Origin: a virus
Taxonomy: Duplodnaviria; Heunggongvirae; Uroviricota; Caudoviricetes
Virus record (IMG/VR): IMGVR_UViG_3300018475_001475
Direction: 5' to 3' (one strand)
Length of the DNA stretch: 64,000 nucleotides
Positions 25,701 to 36,200 of this stretch are shown here, piece after piece. The translations under genes and the position numbers were made by a program. The notes beneath the pieces are model-generated. The model worked only from the letters and a program-made list of their open reading frames with translations. It made no database searches and was not told the origin of the DNA. How positions within the stretch are numbered: position 1 is the first letter of the stretch; each line of letters starts with the position of its first letter.

Positions 25701-28700
25701 TTAAGCAGTTCTTTCATATGCTTTTATACCAGCTAAACCAGTATCTGTTTTTTCTTCCCACGTACCTCCGAATAGGGCTCCGGGGTCATAAGAATTGGTA
25801 CTGCACATATATATACTGCCTACTGGATATATAGCATCAACCAATAATGGAACTTCTGATGAAAAATTAATACTGAAAACTCTAGTAATATCTCGTCCCC
25901 ACATGTTTGTTCCAGAAACTCTTACTAGATTATCTGGATCTCTTAAATTAACAGTTAATTCTATATCAGATTCTTGTTTCATGCTCCAATTGTCCCATGA
26001 TATGACATTTTGACCAGATGCCTCTTGTAAGGCTTGCATACCATCAAGATAAGTGACCTCTCCATCTGAATCAAAATCATACTTTTGCCATTCGTCATTT
26101 GGGAGAATTTCTAGCCCAACGGAGTGCCTCAACGCTTTCAACGCTTCTTCTTTTCCTGGTTTGATAAAAGCTTTTCCTGTTAATGTTACTTTGCCGGAAA
26201 TATCTAAATTTTTAGTACTAATTTTGATATTGTCTGGTTGCATATTTATTGCAGAAACAACATCGTCTGCGCTGACTTTTAACGCAATATTATCAGCATT
26301 CTGAATAATAGATGATTCATTTTTGGCAACTCTGTCATCTAAAGAAGCAACACTAGTTTTAATTTCATCAGTAGTCAATGTAAACTCAGCAGCAGCTTTA
26401 TCAATCGCATCGTCTAATTCATCACTAGCAAGATATCCATCAATTTTGGACGCTCGCATTGTAACATGACCATTTTGGTCTACTTCAAAAGCATACTGTT
26501 TATTACCTTCCGCATCAGTAAATTCACCAATTTGAATTACGCCGCCTTTGATAATAGAGCCTTCAATATAACCAGATAGTACCATCTCAGCAATCAGACC
26601 ATAGTAATTTTGGCCATCTATTGTAACTTGACCTAATGCGCTCCTGCTTGTCTTAAATCCATCGTCAGACATTAATATCATATTGTTTGTGAGCCATGTT
26701 TGATGGGGATCAATCTCTCCGGTTTCTGTATTTATTTTTTGAAGCTTAATTCCATACTTGTCGATTACTAGTCCTTGCGTCCCATCCATTGCTTTGATTT
26801 GTGTAGTAGCATCCAATAGACCTTGCTGTATCTTTAGATCAGTTGCAGTGGCAACGTCAGAACCTCTAGTCCAATAACTAGAATTTGTTGCAACAGATTT
26901 ACCAGCCGTTATTGCTTTTGAAAGCAAATCTGCATGAATATCAGACTGTGTTCTTAGATCTGTTAGTTCGCCAAACTCACATGTAAAATCAGAGAAATCA
27001 TCAAAATTAATATCAACTTGTAGTAATCTAGATTGTTTAATATAATCAGGTCTCAGAGCAACTCTAATTACTCTGCCAAGTTGGAATTGATGAATAATTG
27101 GTTCAAACTCCGGCAATGCATATATATTAGCCATCGTCATAGAAAACTGTAATTGTGGCTGACAGATTTTCTGCAATTCTATCCTGCCACTTTCCATTGC
27201 GTCTTGTTTAATCTTTAATGATTTAGATAAACTATCAATCTCAGTTTCAACAATGTCATCAATATGTAGTTTATCTTCACGTAAAAACGCACTCAGTCTA
27301 ATAAGCTGATTATCTGTAAAATTATTTTTCATCAACAGATCTTGACTAATTTCTGAATTTTTATTAACGAATACAGATTTTTGATTCTCGTATTCCTGAA
27401 TTTTCCTATCTCGCTGCGCTATTGCATCATCAATTGAAGCAATAAATAATATTACAGGATAATAATAGCCATAATTATCGTTATCTGGTTTTGACCATCC
27501 AGCTTTAATATTTTCTTCTTGCACCTGTTTATACGAAGCAAGATACAATGATTTTAATGGAGTACGACCAATTTCAGCCCACACCTCATTTAAAAATGAC
27601 TTTATAACATCATCTCTATCTTCGCTTGTTTTTGCATTTCTTAATCCATTTACCAGATCAGAAATTGTGTAGTGCTCCATAAATTTGAAACCATCGGACA
27701 GTTCGGTTAATGCGGTATAAGCTTCTTCAATTTTTGTAGCATTTCCAATAAAATAGGCGTAAAAATAATCTTTTAGAGCAGCATATAACTGATCAATTTT
27801 TTCTTCATTAACATTTGTAGTAACGTTAGAATAATAGTCTGTATTAACATTATACTCTGCTGGTAGCACAGCCTCAGAATAATAATAACTTCCATCTGCG
27901 TTTTTCTTACGTACATAATATGTACCAACGGTAGAACTATTGACTATCGCTAAAGAATATTCCAACGCAAGTCTGTTTTCCTCATAACTAATATGGTCAT
28001 TCCACACGGAAATTTGTTCCGCATTATGCGTATATTGAGCCTGTACCTGATTGTTTTTCTGTAAATATTTTGTATAGGCATTATATAAATCTTGGCCCAT
28101 CCAATCAACAGTATAATAATATGAGAGATCTGTTAAATACGGCAGACCAAGATTTACTTCTCTAATATCTAGATCGTCCCCATATGTTACAGTCAGCTTT
28201 GTTTTTATTGAATCGCTATCATAACTAATATTGATCTCTTGTGATAAGTTTTCAAAGCTTACAAAAACATCAGTCTCCCATTCGGTTAGTGCCCCATCAA
28301 CGATTTCAATGTGCTGTCCGTCCTCTGGAACATCTCCTAACACTAAGTATCCAGTCGCTGCATTATATTCCCACTTTGTTGTCTTATAGCCGTCAATAGA
28401 CACAGCTCCTATTTGAGCAAACGGCGGAGAAATAGTAAAAACACTTGTGTGTCCATCTCCAATAAATTTAGCAGTTAAAGATTCAGCATATACGTTAATT
28501 ATATTATTGATAGTATCAAAAATAATATAACAATTAAACTTCTCGCATACTTCATTCATTAAGAAGTCATAAACAGACTCTCTATCAACTTCAAATTGAC
28601 GACTTAGCGTCTGCAACGATGGATCAACATACCCAATCTTCCATCCATACACTTCTTCCAGAACAAGGTGCAATAGACTTAGGTGCGGGCTTGATGGATT

Positions 28701-29144
28701 ATATAAAGTTATTGGCCTAATATTATCTGCGGAAGATGCGTTGAGCACTTCTTTTGACTCCACTGTGCCCATGTTGATATAAAAATTATCTAAATATTTT
28801 TGCGCCAAAGTGTATTCCAAACTATATGCTGTACATATTTTCTTTTCTTCAATACCGTTACTAGTCAGCTCTGGTCCTTGCAACTCAAAATATCCAAACC
28901 CTTCAAGATATACAAGCCTGACAGCTTCAATTTTATTATAAAAAGGATTTACAAATGTTCCACCATTTATCGTATTATTATAAACACGAGGCGTCTCAAA
29001 CGATAATTCAGAATATGAATTAAACTTAAAAGAACCTTTTAGGCCGAACACCTCAAGTTGTGTAATTTTTGTTTTATCTGTCTCACATAAAAACAACTTT
29101 GGTGCCTTGTATGTGTTTGACATTAAATCTTTTGGGAGCTTCAA
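25701..29144 (-). CDS. tail tip protein Tal (prophage-endopeptidase-tail family), 1147 aa
   Basis: Size, position immediately after Dit; TTG start after GGAGGGAG. Confidence 0.65.
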   Translation of the reverse strand: MKLPKDLMSNTYKAPKLFLCETDKTKITQLEVFGLKGSFKFNSYSELSFETPRVYNNTINGGTFVNPFYNKIEAVRLVYLEGFGYFELQGPELTSNGIEEKKICTAYSLEYTLAQKYLDNFYINMGTVESKEVLNASSADNIRPITLYNPSSPHLSLLHLVLEEVYGWKIGYVDPSLQTLSRQFEVDRESVYDFLMNEVCEKFNCYIIFDTINNIINVYAESLTAKFIGDGHTSVFTISPPFAQIGAVSIDGYKTTKWEYNAATGYLVLGDVPEDGQHIEIVDGALTEWETDVFVSFENLSQEINISYDSDSIKTKLTVTYGDDLDIREVNLGLPYLTDLSYYYTVDWMGQDLYNAYTKYLQKNNQVQAQYTHNAEQISVWNDHISYEENRLALEYSLAIVNSSTVGTYYVRKKNADGSYYYSEAVLPAEYNVNTDYYSNVTTNVNEEKIDQLYAALKDYFYAYFIGNATKIEEAYTALTELSDGFKFMEHYTISDLVNGLRNAKTSEDRDDVIKSFLNEVWAEIGRTPLKSLYLASYKQVQEENIKAGWSKPDNDNYGYYYPVILFIASIDDAIAQRDRKIQEYENQKSVFVNKNSEISQDLLMKNNFTDNQLIRLSAFLREDKLHIDDIVETEIDSLSKSLKIKQDAMESGRIELQKICQPQLQFSMTMANIYALPEFEPIIHQFQLGRVIRVALRPDYIKQSRLLQVDINFDDFSDFTCEFGELTDLRTQSDIHADLLSKAITAGKSVATNSSYWTRGSDVATATDLKIQQGLLDATTQIKAMDGTQGLVIDKYGIKLQKINTETGEIDPHQTWLTNNMILMSDDGFKTSRSALGQVTIDGQNYYGLIAEMVLSGYIEGSIIKGGVIQIGEFTDAEGNKQYAFEVDQNGHVTMRASKIDGYLASDELDDAIDKAAAEFTLTTDEIKTSVASLDDRVAKNESSIIQNADNIALKVSADDVVSAINMQPDNIKISTKNLDISGKVTLTGKAFIKPGKEEALKALRHSVGLEILPNDEWQKYDFDSDGEVTYLDGMQALQEASGQNVISWDNWSMKQESDIELTVNLRDPDNLVRVSGTNMWGRDITRVFSINFSSEVPLLVDAIYPVGSIYMCSTNSYDPGALFGGTWEEKTDTGLAGIKAYERTA

Positions 29145-29171
29145 ACATCTCCCTCCCTTCTTAAACTACTA

Positions 29172-30218
29172 TCACGATAATATTTTGTTGAGCATCGCAT
29201 AAAGCTCTGCTTCGTTGACATAACATGAGTCAGTATTGCCGCCACCGCAATCGCAATTACCATTTTCGATTGCCTCATTAACATCTATAGCACAATCACC
29301 AATCTTAATCGGATAACGATAACTGAACCTTAGGTCTCCGCTTCCGGATCCGTTGATCACAAAATCATTAATACCTGGTTTAAGTCTTGGCCAAACAAAA
29401 TTAAAACTATTTCCAAAAACTTTATCTGTAAAACTAGATGTAATAAATTGCATAGAACTTAGCTTTATTGTTTCATTTAGGCCCATGCCATAAATAACTG
29501 TTTCTTCGTTCAAAGTAGTATTTTTAATAGACAAATAATCGCTGTTGTAATTATCAAATACGGTATCTATATAGATGTATGCATATAAATCATCTGTTTT
29601 ATTATCAATTTGCAATGCAACCGAGTTATCAATACCTACTATGCCGCTATCTGTAATATCTAGTACATCGGCTGTATTATATAAAACACCATTTTCATCT
29701 ATATTCAATGACGTTGTATCGTTAATTGGCTGAAGTATGCCGTCTGAGTCAATTGATAATAATTGCCCAAACGTACACGTAAAGGTTTGAATAGGCGAAT
29801 ATGCCCACGGGCTAATTGACTCAAAATATATAATCAATCCAACTGTTCTTGCGTCTAGTTTATATGGCTTAACATCTTGAACCGTTCCTAAAAATTCGTA
29901 TTGAACTGTGTCCCCTATATACAATTGCAGCCAATTAGCAGTTGGATTGCCAGTAAGCCATCTGTACGCATCACGACACTCTACAACTGAAAAATCATTA
30001 CCATTGCATTTAACAACTGTAATTTTAATAGTTGCCACAGTATCGTATTTGGTACCATATAAAAGCCTTTTTGTGCCCCTATATGAGTCCGTATAAATTT
30101 GTTCTTGCGATAAATAAGAATCCATTTCACCATTGTCTGGGTCAAAACTAGCGATAATCCATCCTTTATCTTTTGAGTCTTGATTTAAATATTTAAATCC
30201 GCTATGATATGAACTCAC
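29172..30218 (-). CDS. distal tail protein Dit with C-terminal extension
   Basis: Position directly downstream of TMP; about 350 aa; GTG start after AGGAGGTG. Confidence 0.6.
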   Translation of the reverse strand: MSSYHSGFKYLNQDSKDKGWIIASFDPDNGEMDSYLSQEQIYTDSYRGTKRLLYGTKYDTVATIKITVVKCNGNDFSVVECRDAYRWLTGNPTANWLQLYIGDTVQYEFLGTVQDVKPYKLDARTVGLIIYFESISPWAYSPIQTFTCTFGQLLSIDSDGILQPINDTTSLNIDENGVLYNTADVLDITDSGIVGIDNSVALQIDNKTDDLYAYIYIDTVFDNYNSDYLSIKNTTLNEETVIYGMGLNETIKLSSMQFITSSFTDKVFGNSFNFVWPRLKPGINDFVINGSGSGDLRFSYRYPIKIGDCAIDVNEAIENGNCDCGGGNTDSCYVNEAELYAMLNKILS

Positions 30219-30288
30219 ACTGGTTCACCTCCTATAAGATGTATTTAACATAATAGAGGAGAAGATTTCTCCTCTCCTCTATTTGCAA

Positions 30289-33200
30289 TTAGCCTCTCGT
30301 ATAACGTTTAAGGCTATTGTTAAGATTTTGCATATGTTTGTCAAATGCCTTGTTGACCATCTTTTCAAGATCAGGCAAAGTATTTTGATCGCAATGCTCG
30401 ATATTAACAAGTGTACCGACGCTACAATCTATCTTAGTCTCGGCGTTTACGACACTATTGCTCGGCGTAATTGCAGGTCTGTTTCTGTCTAACATATCTT
30501 GAGGATTTAATTCGCTCCAAGACATAAGATTGGCAGTTGCATCCGCAGGAATAATTCCAGTGCCTTTTTTAACATATTCTAGGCGACCATTCTTGCCTGG
30601 AACTAACTGTAACTCATCGCCAAGTTCATCAATAATCGCCCATTGATCTTTGCTTACGCCAGAAGAACCCTTAGCAAACTTATTAATATGGTACGGTGCG
30701 AGGTCTTTAATTCCGTGATACTTGCCTCTCCATGCGCTAGAGTGAACATAACCATCTCTGCCCATTTGATTAACAATTTGTTGAACTTTATTTGCATCAA
30801 AACCTTTTGCCGTTAAATTCTTAACTCTTGTGCTGCCATCGCCCCAACCATAACCACCGTTCCAAATAGCTAATGCAACACCATAATACTCTTGTTCTGT
30901 TCTGCCCTTAGGCGTCTGGTTCTGTTGCTCTTTAGATGTATCATCTTCTTTAGGTTTTTCTTGTGGTTTCTTATCCTTTGAATCCTGATAGTCTTTCATG
31001 GCCTGATTTACTTGGTCAACAGTCGCCTTGCTCTCGGCATTAATGCTGTCGAGTATTGTCTGGTACTCTTTTTCAAGAGCCTTTAACGCATCCACGGTTG
31101 CACTCATCGACAGGCCAAACGGGCTCATCATTTCCTGATACGTCATACCAAGTTTATTAGCCAATCCTTCGGTGCTAAGTCCAAATTTATTAGCAAGCTC
31201 TTCTACTGTAAGTCCCATGCTACCTGCAAATTGAGTCATTGTCATATCCAAATTACCGGCTAAACCAACGGTAATTGTACCTAGTTGTTCTGCTAATAAC
31301 GGAAGTGTAATACCCATATTTGCAGCGAGCTGCTGGATTGTCATATCCATCATGCCGCTAAGATCGGTTACAGTTAGTCCAAGTCTTGCAGCCATTTCTT
31401 CGTTAGTAAGACCAAGAGTTTCCGCCAATTGAGCCACAGTGATGTTCAGATTGCTAACCATCATTTCTGTGGTTATACCTAGTTTGTTTGCAAATTCGTC
31501 TACCGTTAGTCCGAACATAGCAGCCATCTCTGTTAGAGACATACCTAATTTCACGCCGTAGTTTTGAATTGCATATTCACCAGCTTGCCAAGGAGCGAGT
31601 AGTGAATTAGTTATATTTAGACTGTATTCAGCCTGCATGTTGGTTAGAGTTTGCAACACGGCGTTTGTATTCTCTTGAACCATTGCAAGACTATCTGCCA
31701 CAACACGCTCAATACTTTCTAGATATTTATCAAGCTCTTCCATTTCCTTGTTTTTTTCGTCTTGGAAGTGCTCAAGTTCTTTATCTAGTGCATTTTGTTG
31801 ATTCTCAATAGAGCGGTCATAATATGTTTCTTCTAGCTCTGCTTTTGCCTCATACAATTCGGCTTCTAACTTTGCACGTTGTGCTCTTGCTGATGCGGAA
31901 TTATCACCAGATAGAGCAGCAAGTTTGCGCTCGATGTCGGCAATATTCTTACTTTGATCCATGACGGTCTTTTGGAAGTCATGCAGGTCTTTTTCGGCGG
32001 AAAGAGCCTCTTTCTTTTTGTCAATTAACTCAGAATAAGCATCAATTTCTTCTTCTATACCTTTTTTAATCGCATCAACACGAGCTTTATTGAGGTCTAC
32101 AATAGCGTCTTTTGCATCGTGATAAGATTTAATTGCATCGTACTGACCTGACTTGAGTTCTTCAAGTTTATCGGTGTATTCTTCTAGAGTATACTCGCCT
32201 TCCTTGTATCCCTTTTCTAGTCTTTCAAATGCAACTTTATACTTTTCAACTTCTTTTTCGGCAACTTCCATTTGTTGTGCCAACAACCCAAGAGATGTTA
32301 TGCCTTCATCTGTCCAATTGCCAAGTTCATCAACCGCATCTTTTGTCGCAAGAATATCAAGTAGATTTTCCGCTTCGTCAGAAACTGCAGCAAATTGCTT
32401 CATTAGAAGGTCGAATTGGCCCCAATGCATTTCATTGATGCTGTCTTGTAGGTCTTCAATTTCGGTATTTAGATTAACGATTTCAGTATCAACTTCAGCA
32501 ATAGCATTAACAGCCTCATACCAAGCATCAGTGCCTTCTTTGATCTTACCGCTGTCTAACTCTGCCTGCATTGCTGCCGCTTGTTGTTTTAGAAGTTCGA
32601 CTTTAGCTTCGTTTTCGTCAATCATTGCCTGATAAATATCTTCTGCGCCAAAACCTTTATCAGTTTCTAGTAGACCATTTTCAGACTCAAGACGACCTAA
32701 TTTGCTGTCGTTGAGAGAAAGTTGATTTTCGAATTCGTTGACAATATTGTCAAAAGCTTGCTTGGCTAGGGATTGAATCTCTGTTAATACCTCTTCAGCT
32801 TGCTGTGTTGTATCTGCGCCTTTTTGTACCCAGTCACGATACTCTTGGATTGCTTCAAGAGTTTTTTCGTCAACTTCACCTACAAATTCTTCGATAGCTA
32901 TTGTTCCATCTTGGGCCGCTACTTGATACTCTGCCGGAACTTTAGCCAGTAAGGTCTTAGCGTATGAGTAGTATTCGTTTGCACCAGCGAGTAGATTATC
33001 ACGAAGTTCTTCATTGATCTTAATCATCTCGTTGATGATGTTGTTTTGTGAAGAAGAACCGACGGCGTTTTCAAGCTGAGCACCTTTGAGACTTAATTTT
33101 TCATTGATTTCTTCTAAGCGAACTTCTATCCAGTCAAAAACTTCACGGAATTCATCTGCCGCATCAGATAAAGAATCGGCTGCGTCTTTTTGGCTATCAG

Positions 33201-36200
33201 CAGCATCATCTAGTGCCTCTATAGGATCCCAAGTTGGATCGTCTGGCCCACTGTATCCAGTTCCTTCCCATTGTGTTTGAGAACTTTGATTTGGCCAAAT
33301 GGTTAAATGTGCATTACCTTCAGCATATGCTTTGCCACGAGAAGTTACATAACCATTTTTCAAAAGTCCTTCGGTTTGCTTGTGGTTAAAAATAATTGCT
33401 CCCTTAGGAAGATCTACCATTTCAGCGCCATTGTCACCAACGGTATAATATCTACCAGTCGAAGGATCCACAACCATTTCTGGACCAAGCTCACCAACAA
33501 GAGAGTTGTGTTCATTTTGTGGTAAACCCCAATCTCCAGATTTATGAGCCGTGCCACGCACATGAGCAGTTCCATTTACATTTTGTGCGCCAGAAGATCC
33601 CGGGTTGTATTTTCCACCTGATTTACCAGCCTTATATCCTGCGGTTAAATTCGACCAAATAGTTGCCGCTTTTTCTGCAATCCACGTAGTAATACTATCC
33701 CATAACCCATTAATAGCATTAGGAATTGTTACAGTAAAGAAAGTTGTAACACCTTCTTTAATTGTTTCAAGTGCAGTTGGTATAGTCTCTGTGATGAACG
33801 TCCCTACGCCATCCCAGAATTCGTTCCATTTTTCAGGAATTGCAACAGTAAAGAAATCTGTGAGCTTAGTTTTTAAGATTTTTGCCTGTTCTTTTAGTTC
33901 TTCTAATTTAACCCCTACCTCATCCCAAAAAGCATTCCATTTTTCTGGAATAGTAGATGTGAAGAAAGTTACAACTTTATCCTTTAATACCTTAGCGTCT
34001 GCTTTTAACTCTTCTAAATGAGTTCCAACAGCATCCCAGAATGAGTTCCATTTCTCGGGAATAGTAACGGTGAAGAAAGTTATAACCTTTTCTTTCAATA
34101 TCTCAGCATTTGCTTTAACTTCGTCAAATTTTGTCCTGACAGCATTCCAAAACTCATCCCATTTTTGTGGAACAGTTTCAGTGAAGAAGCGACTTATCGC
34201 ACCTGCGCTATAAGATATAGTGTAAGGTATTGTTTCAAATAAGAACTTATCCACTTCTGACCAGAATTCATCCCATTTTTTAGGGAGCGTCTCGGTAAAG
34301 AAAGTATTAACTTGTTCTTTCAGCTCACCGGCAAATTTTTTAATTTCGGTTACCTTTTCTCCAACATTATCCCAAAATTCTTCCCATTTTTCTGGCACTG
34401 TTGTTGTAAAGAAATCAGTAACTTTTTCTTTTAAAATATTTGCCTTTTCTTTAATCTCATCAAATTTCTTTCCAACATTCTCCCAGAATTCATTCCACTT
34501 ATCAGGGATTATTTCAGTAAAGAATGCATCAATAGTGCCCCACAATTCTTTTGCTTCCTCGGGAAGTGTAGTTGTAAAGAACTCTTTAAATCCATTTGTG
34601 TCAACACTCTCTGTTGCTCCGTCGGCATCATTTGTTGTGTTTGCGTCGGCAGGATCTCTACCACTCATTTTATCATATATATTTTGAAGTATATCTTCGA
34701 TGCTTTGTAACTGATCCTCATAGGTAACTACTTCATCGCCTAATGCTCCTTCAAAATTATACTTTGCATTAAGATCTTCTAGATACCCCTCTAGTTCCTT
34801 CTTTTCACTTTCATCTAATGCAATGCCGGCCTTAACATCATAATCAAATTCGCCACTCTCTGCATCTTGAACAATTTCGACCTTTGCAAGCAAAGTATCA
34901 TTATCTTTTTCAAAGGCATCTATCTCTGCCTGTGCATGATCAAGAGCAACCTGTAAAACAACCGGGTCCATAGTTTCCAACTCAGACAATTTTTCAACCG
35001 TCTTAGTTAAATCCTGTTTTGCTGCCTCTAATTCGTCGGTTTTTAATTTAATTTCCGCTTCGCTTGCTCCTTGCTCATACATAGTATCAAGTTCATCTGC
35101 AAGTGTCTGAACTTTATTTTTTGCCTCATCAACATCTTTGCTTGTTTCAATCCACGCGGTAGCATTTTCTCTTGCCTTTTGCGCATTTTCTTGCGAAGCT
35201 TTACTTAGTTCATTCCATTGACTGGTGTACTCTTCTGCTGTAATCTCACCGTTGGCTAACTGTACCGCAAGATCGGCCAAAGCAGATGTATTTTCATAAA
35301 TATCATTTGCTAAATTATCAGGAAGGAGATCCTCAAACATGCTAGAATAATCACCATTCAACCACTCAATATCGTGGTCTTCCATAGATTCAATGAATGC
35401 GAATGCAACCTCTTCTGTAACACCCATTGCGTCCTTGAACTTTTCTAAACTGTCTATGTCTTCAGATAAATCAAAGTGCTTCCAATCAGAGCCAATAAAT
35501 GTACCATTAGCCAAACCGTCTTCGATAAATTTACGCAAATTACCGAGCTTCATTTCTGCGCTTTCAATATTACCGTCTTCATCAAATGAGAGATCAAAAT
35601 ATTGAGCTATTTTACCAGTTTTAAAATAGTCGTAAATTGCGGCCATCTTTTCGTCAACAGTATCTAGGTCTTCATATACACTTTCTGGAACCAAGCCAGC
35701 AATTGCAACTTGTGCAGCTTCCGTTCCGAGTTCAGCAGTATTAAACGCCTCACCAAGGGCAGTAATCCATGTTTCAACAGAACTGATATAATCGGTTGCG
35801 CTGTCACTTTCTTGGGCTTTTTCGAATTCATTATAGGCGTTATTTGTATCAAGCAACTGCGCCTCAAGACGAGCGTATTTTGCTATTGTTTTCTCAAGAG
35901 CGTTCATTTCCTGGTATAGCGCAAGAATTTCTTGTTTCTTTCCTGCAATTACTACGCCTTCGGCTTTAATACAATTACGCATCTTTTGGAATAACTCATA
36001 ATACTGTAGTCTTGCTTGAGCTTTTGCGAGACTTGCATTTGCAGCCACGTTTTTCTTTGTTGCTTTAACTAAATTATTAAGACCTTTTGCATCTTTTACG
36101 ATTAATTTATTATTTTTGTCAAAATATTTATTAACTTCCGCTTCGCTGCCGACCAATGCAATGAGACTGTCTTTATAGTCTTCGGTTACCTTTGTATTGT

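Noticed and set aside
32153-34021. Several 60-160-aa plus-strand ORFs (Ser-rich 32153-32632; 33605-34021)
   Set aside because: Antisense to the continuous 2811-aa TMP frame; low-complexity translations typical of shadow ORFs.
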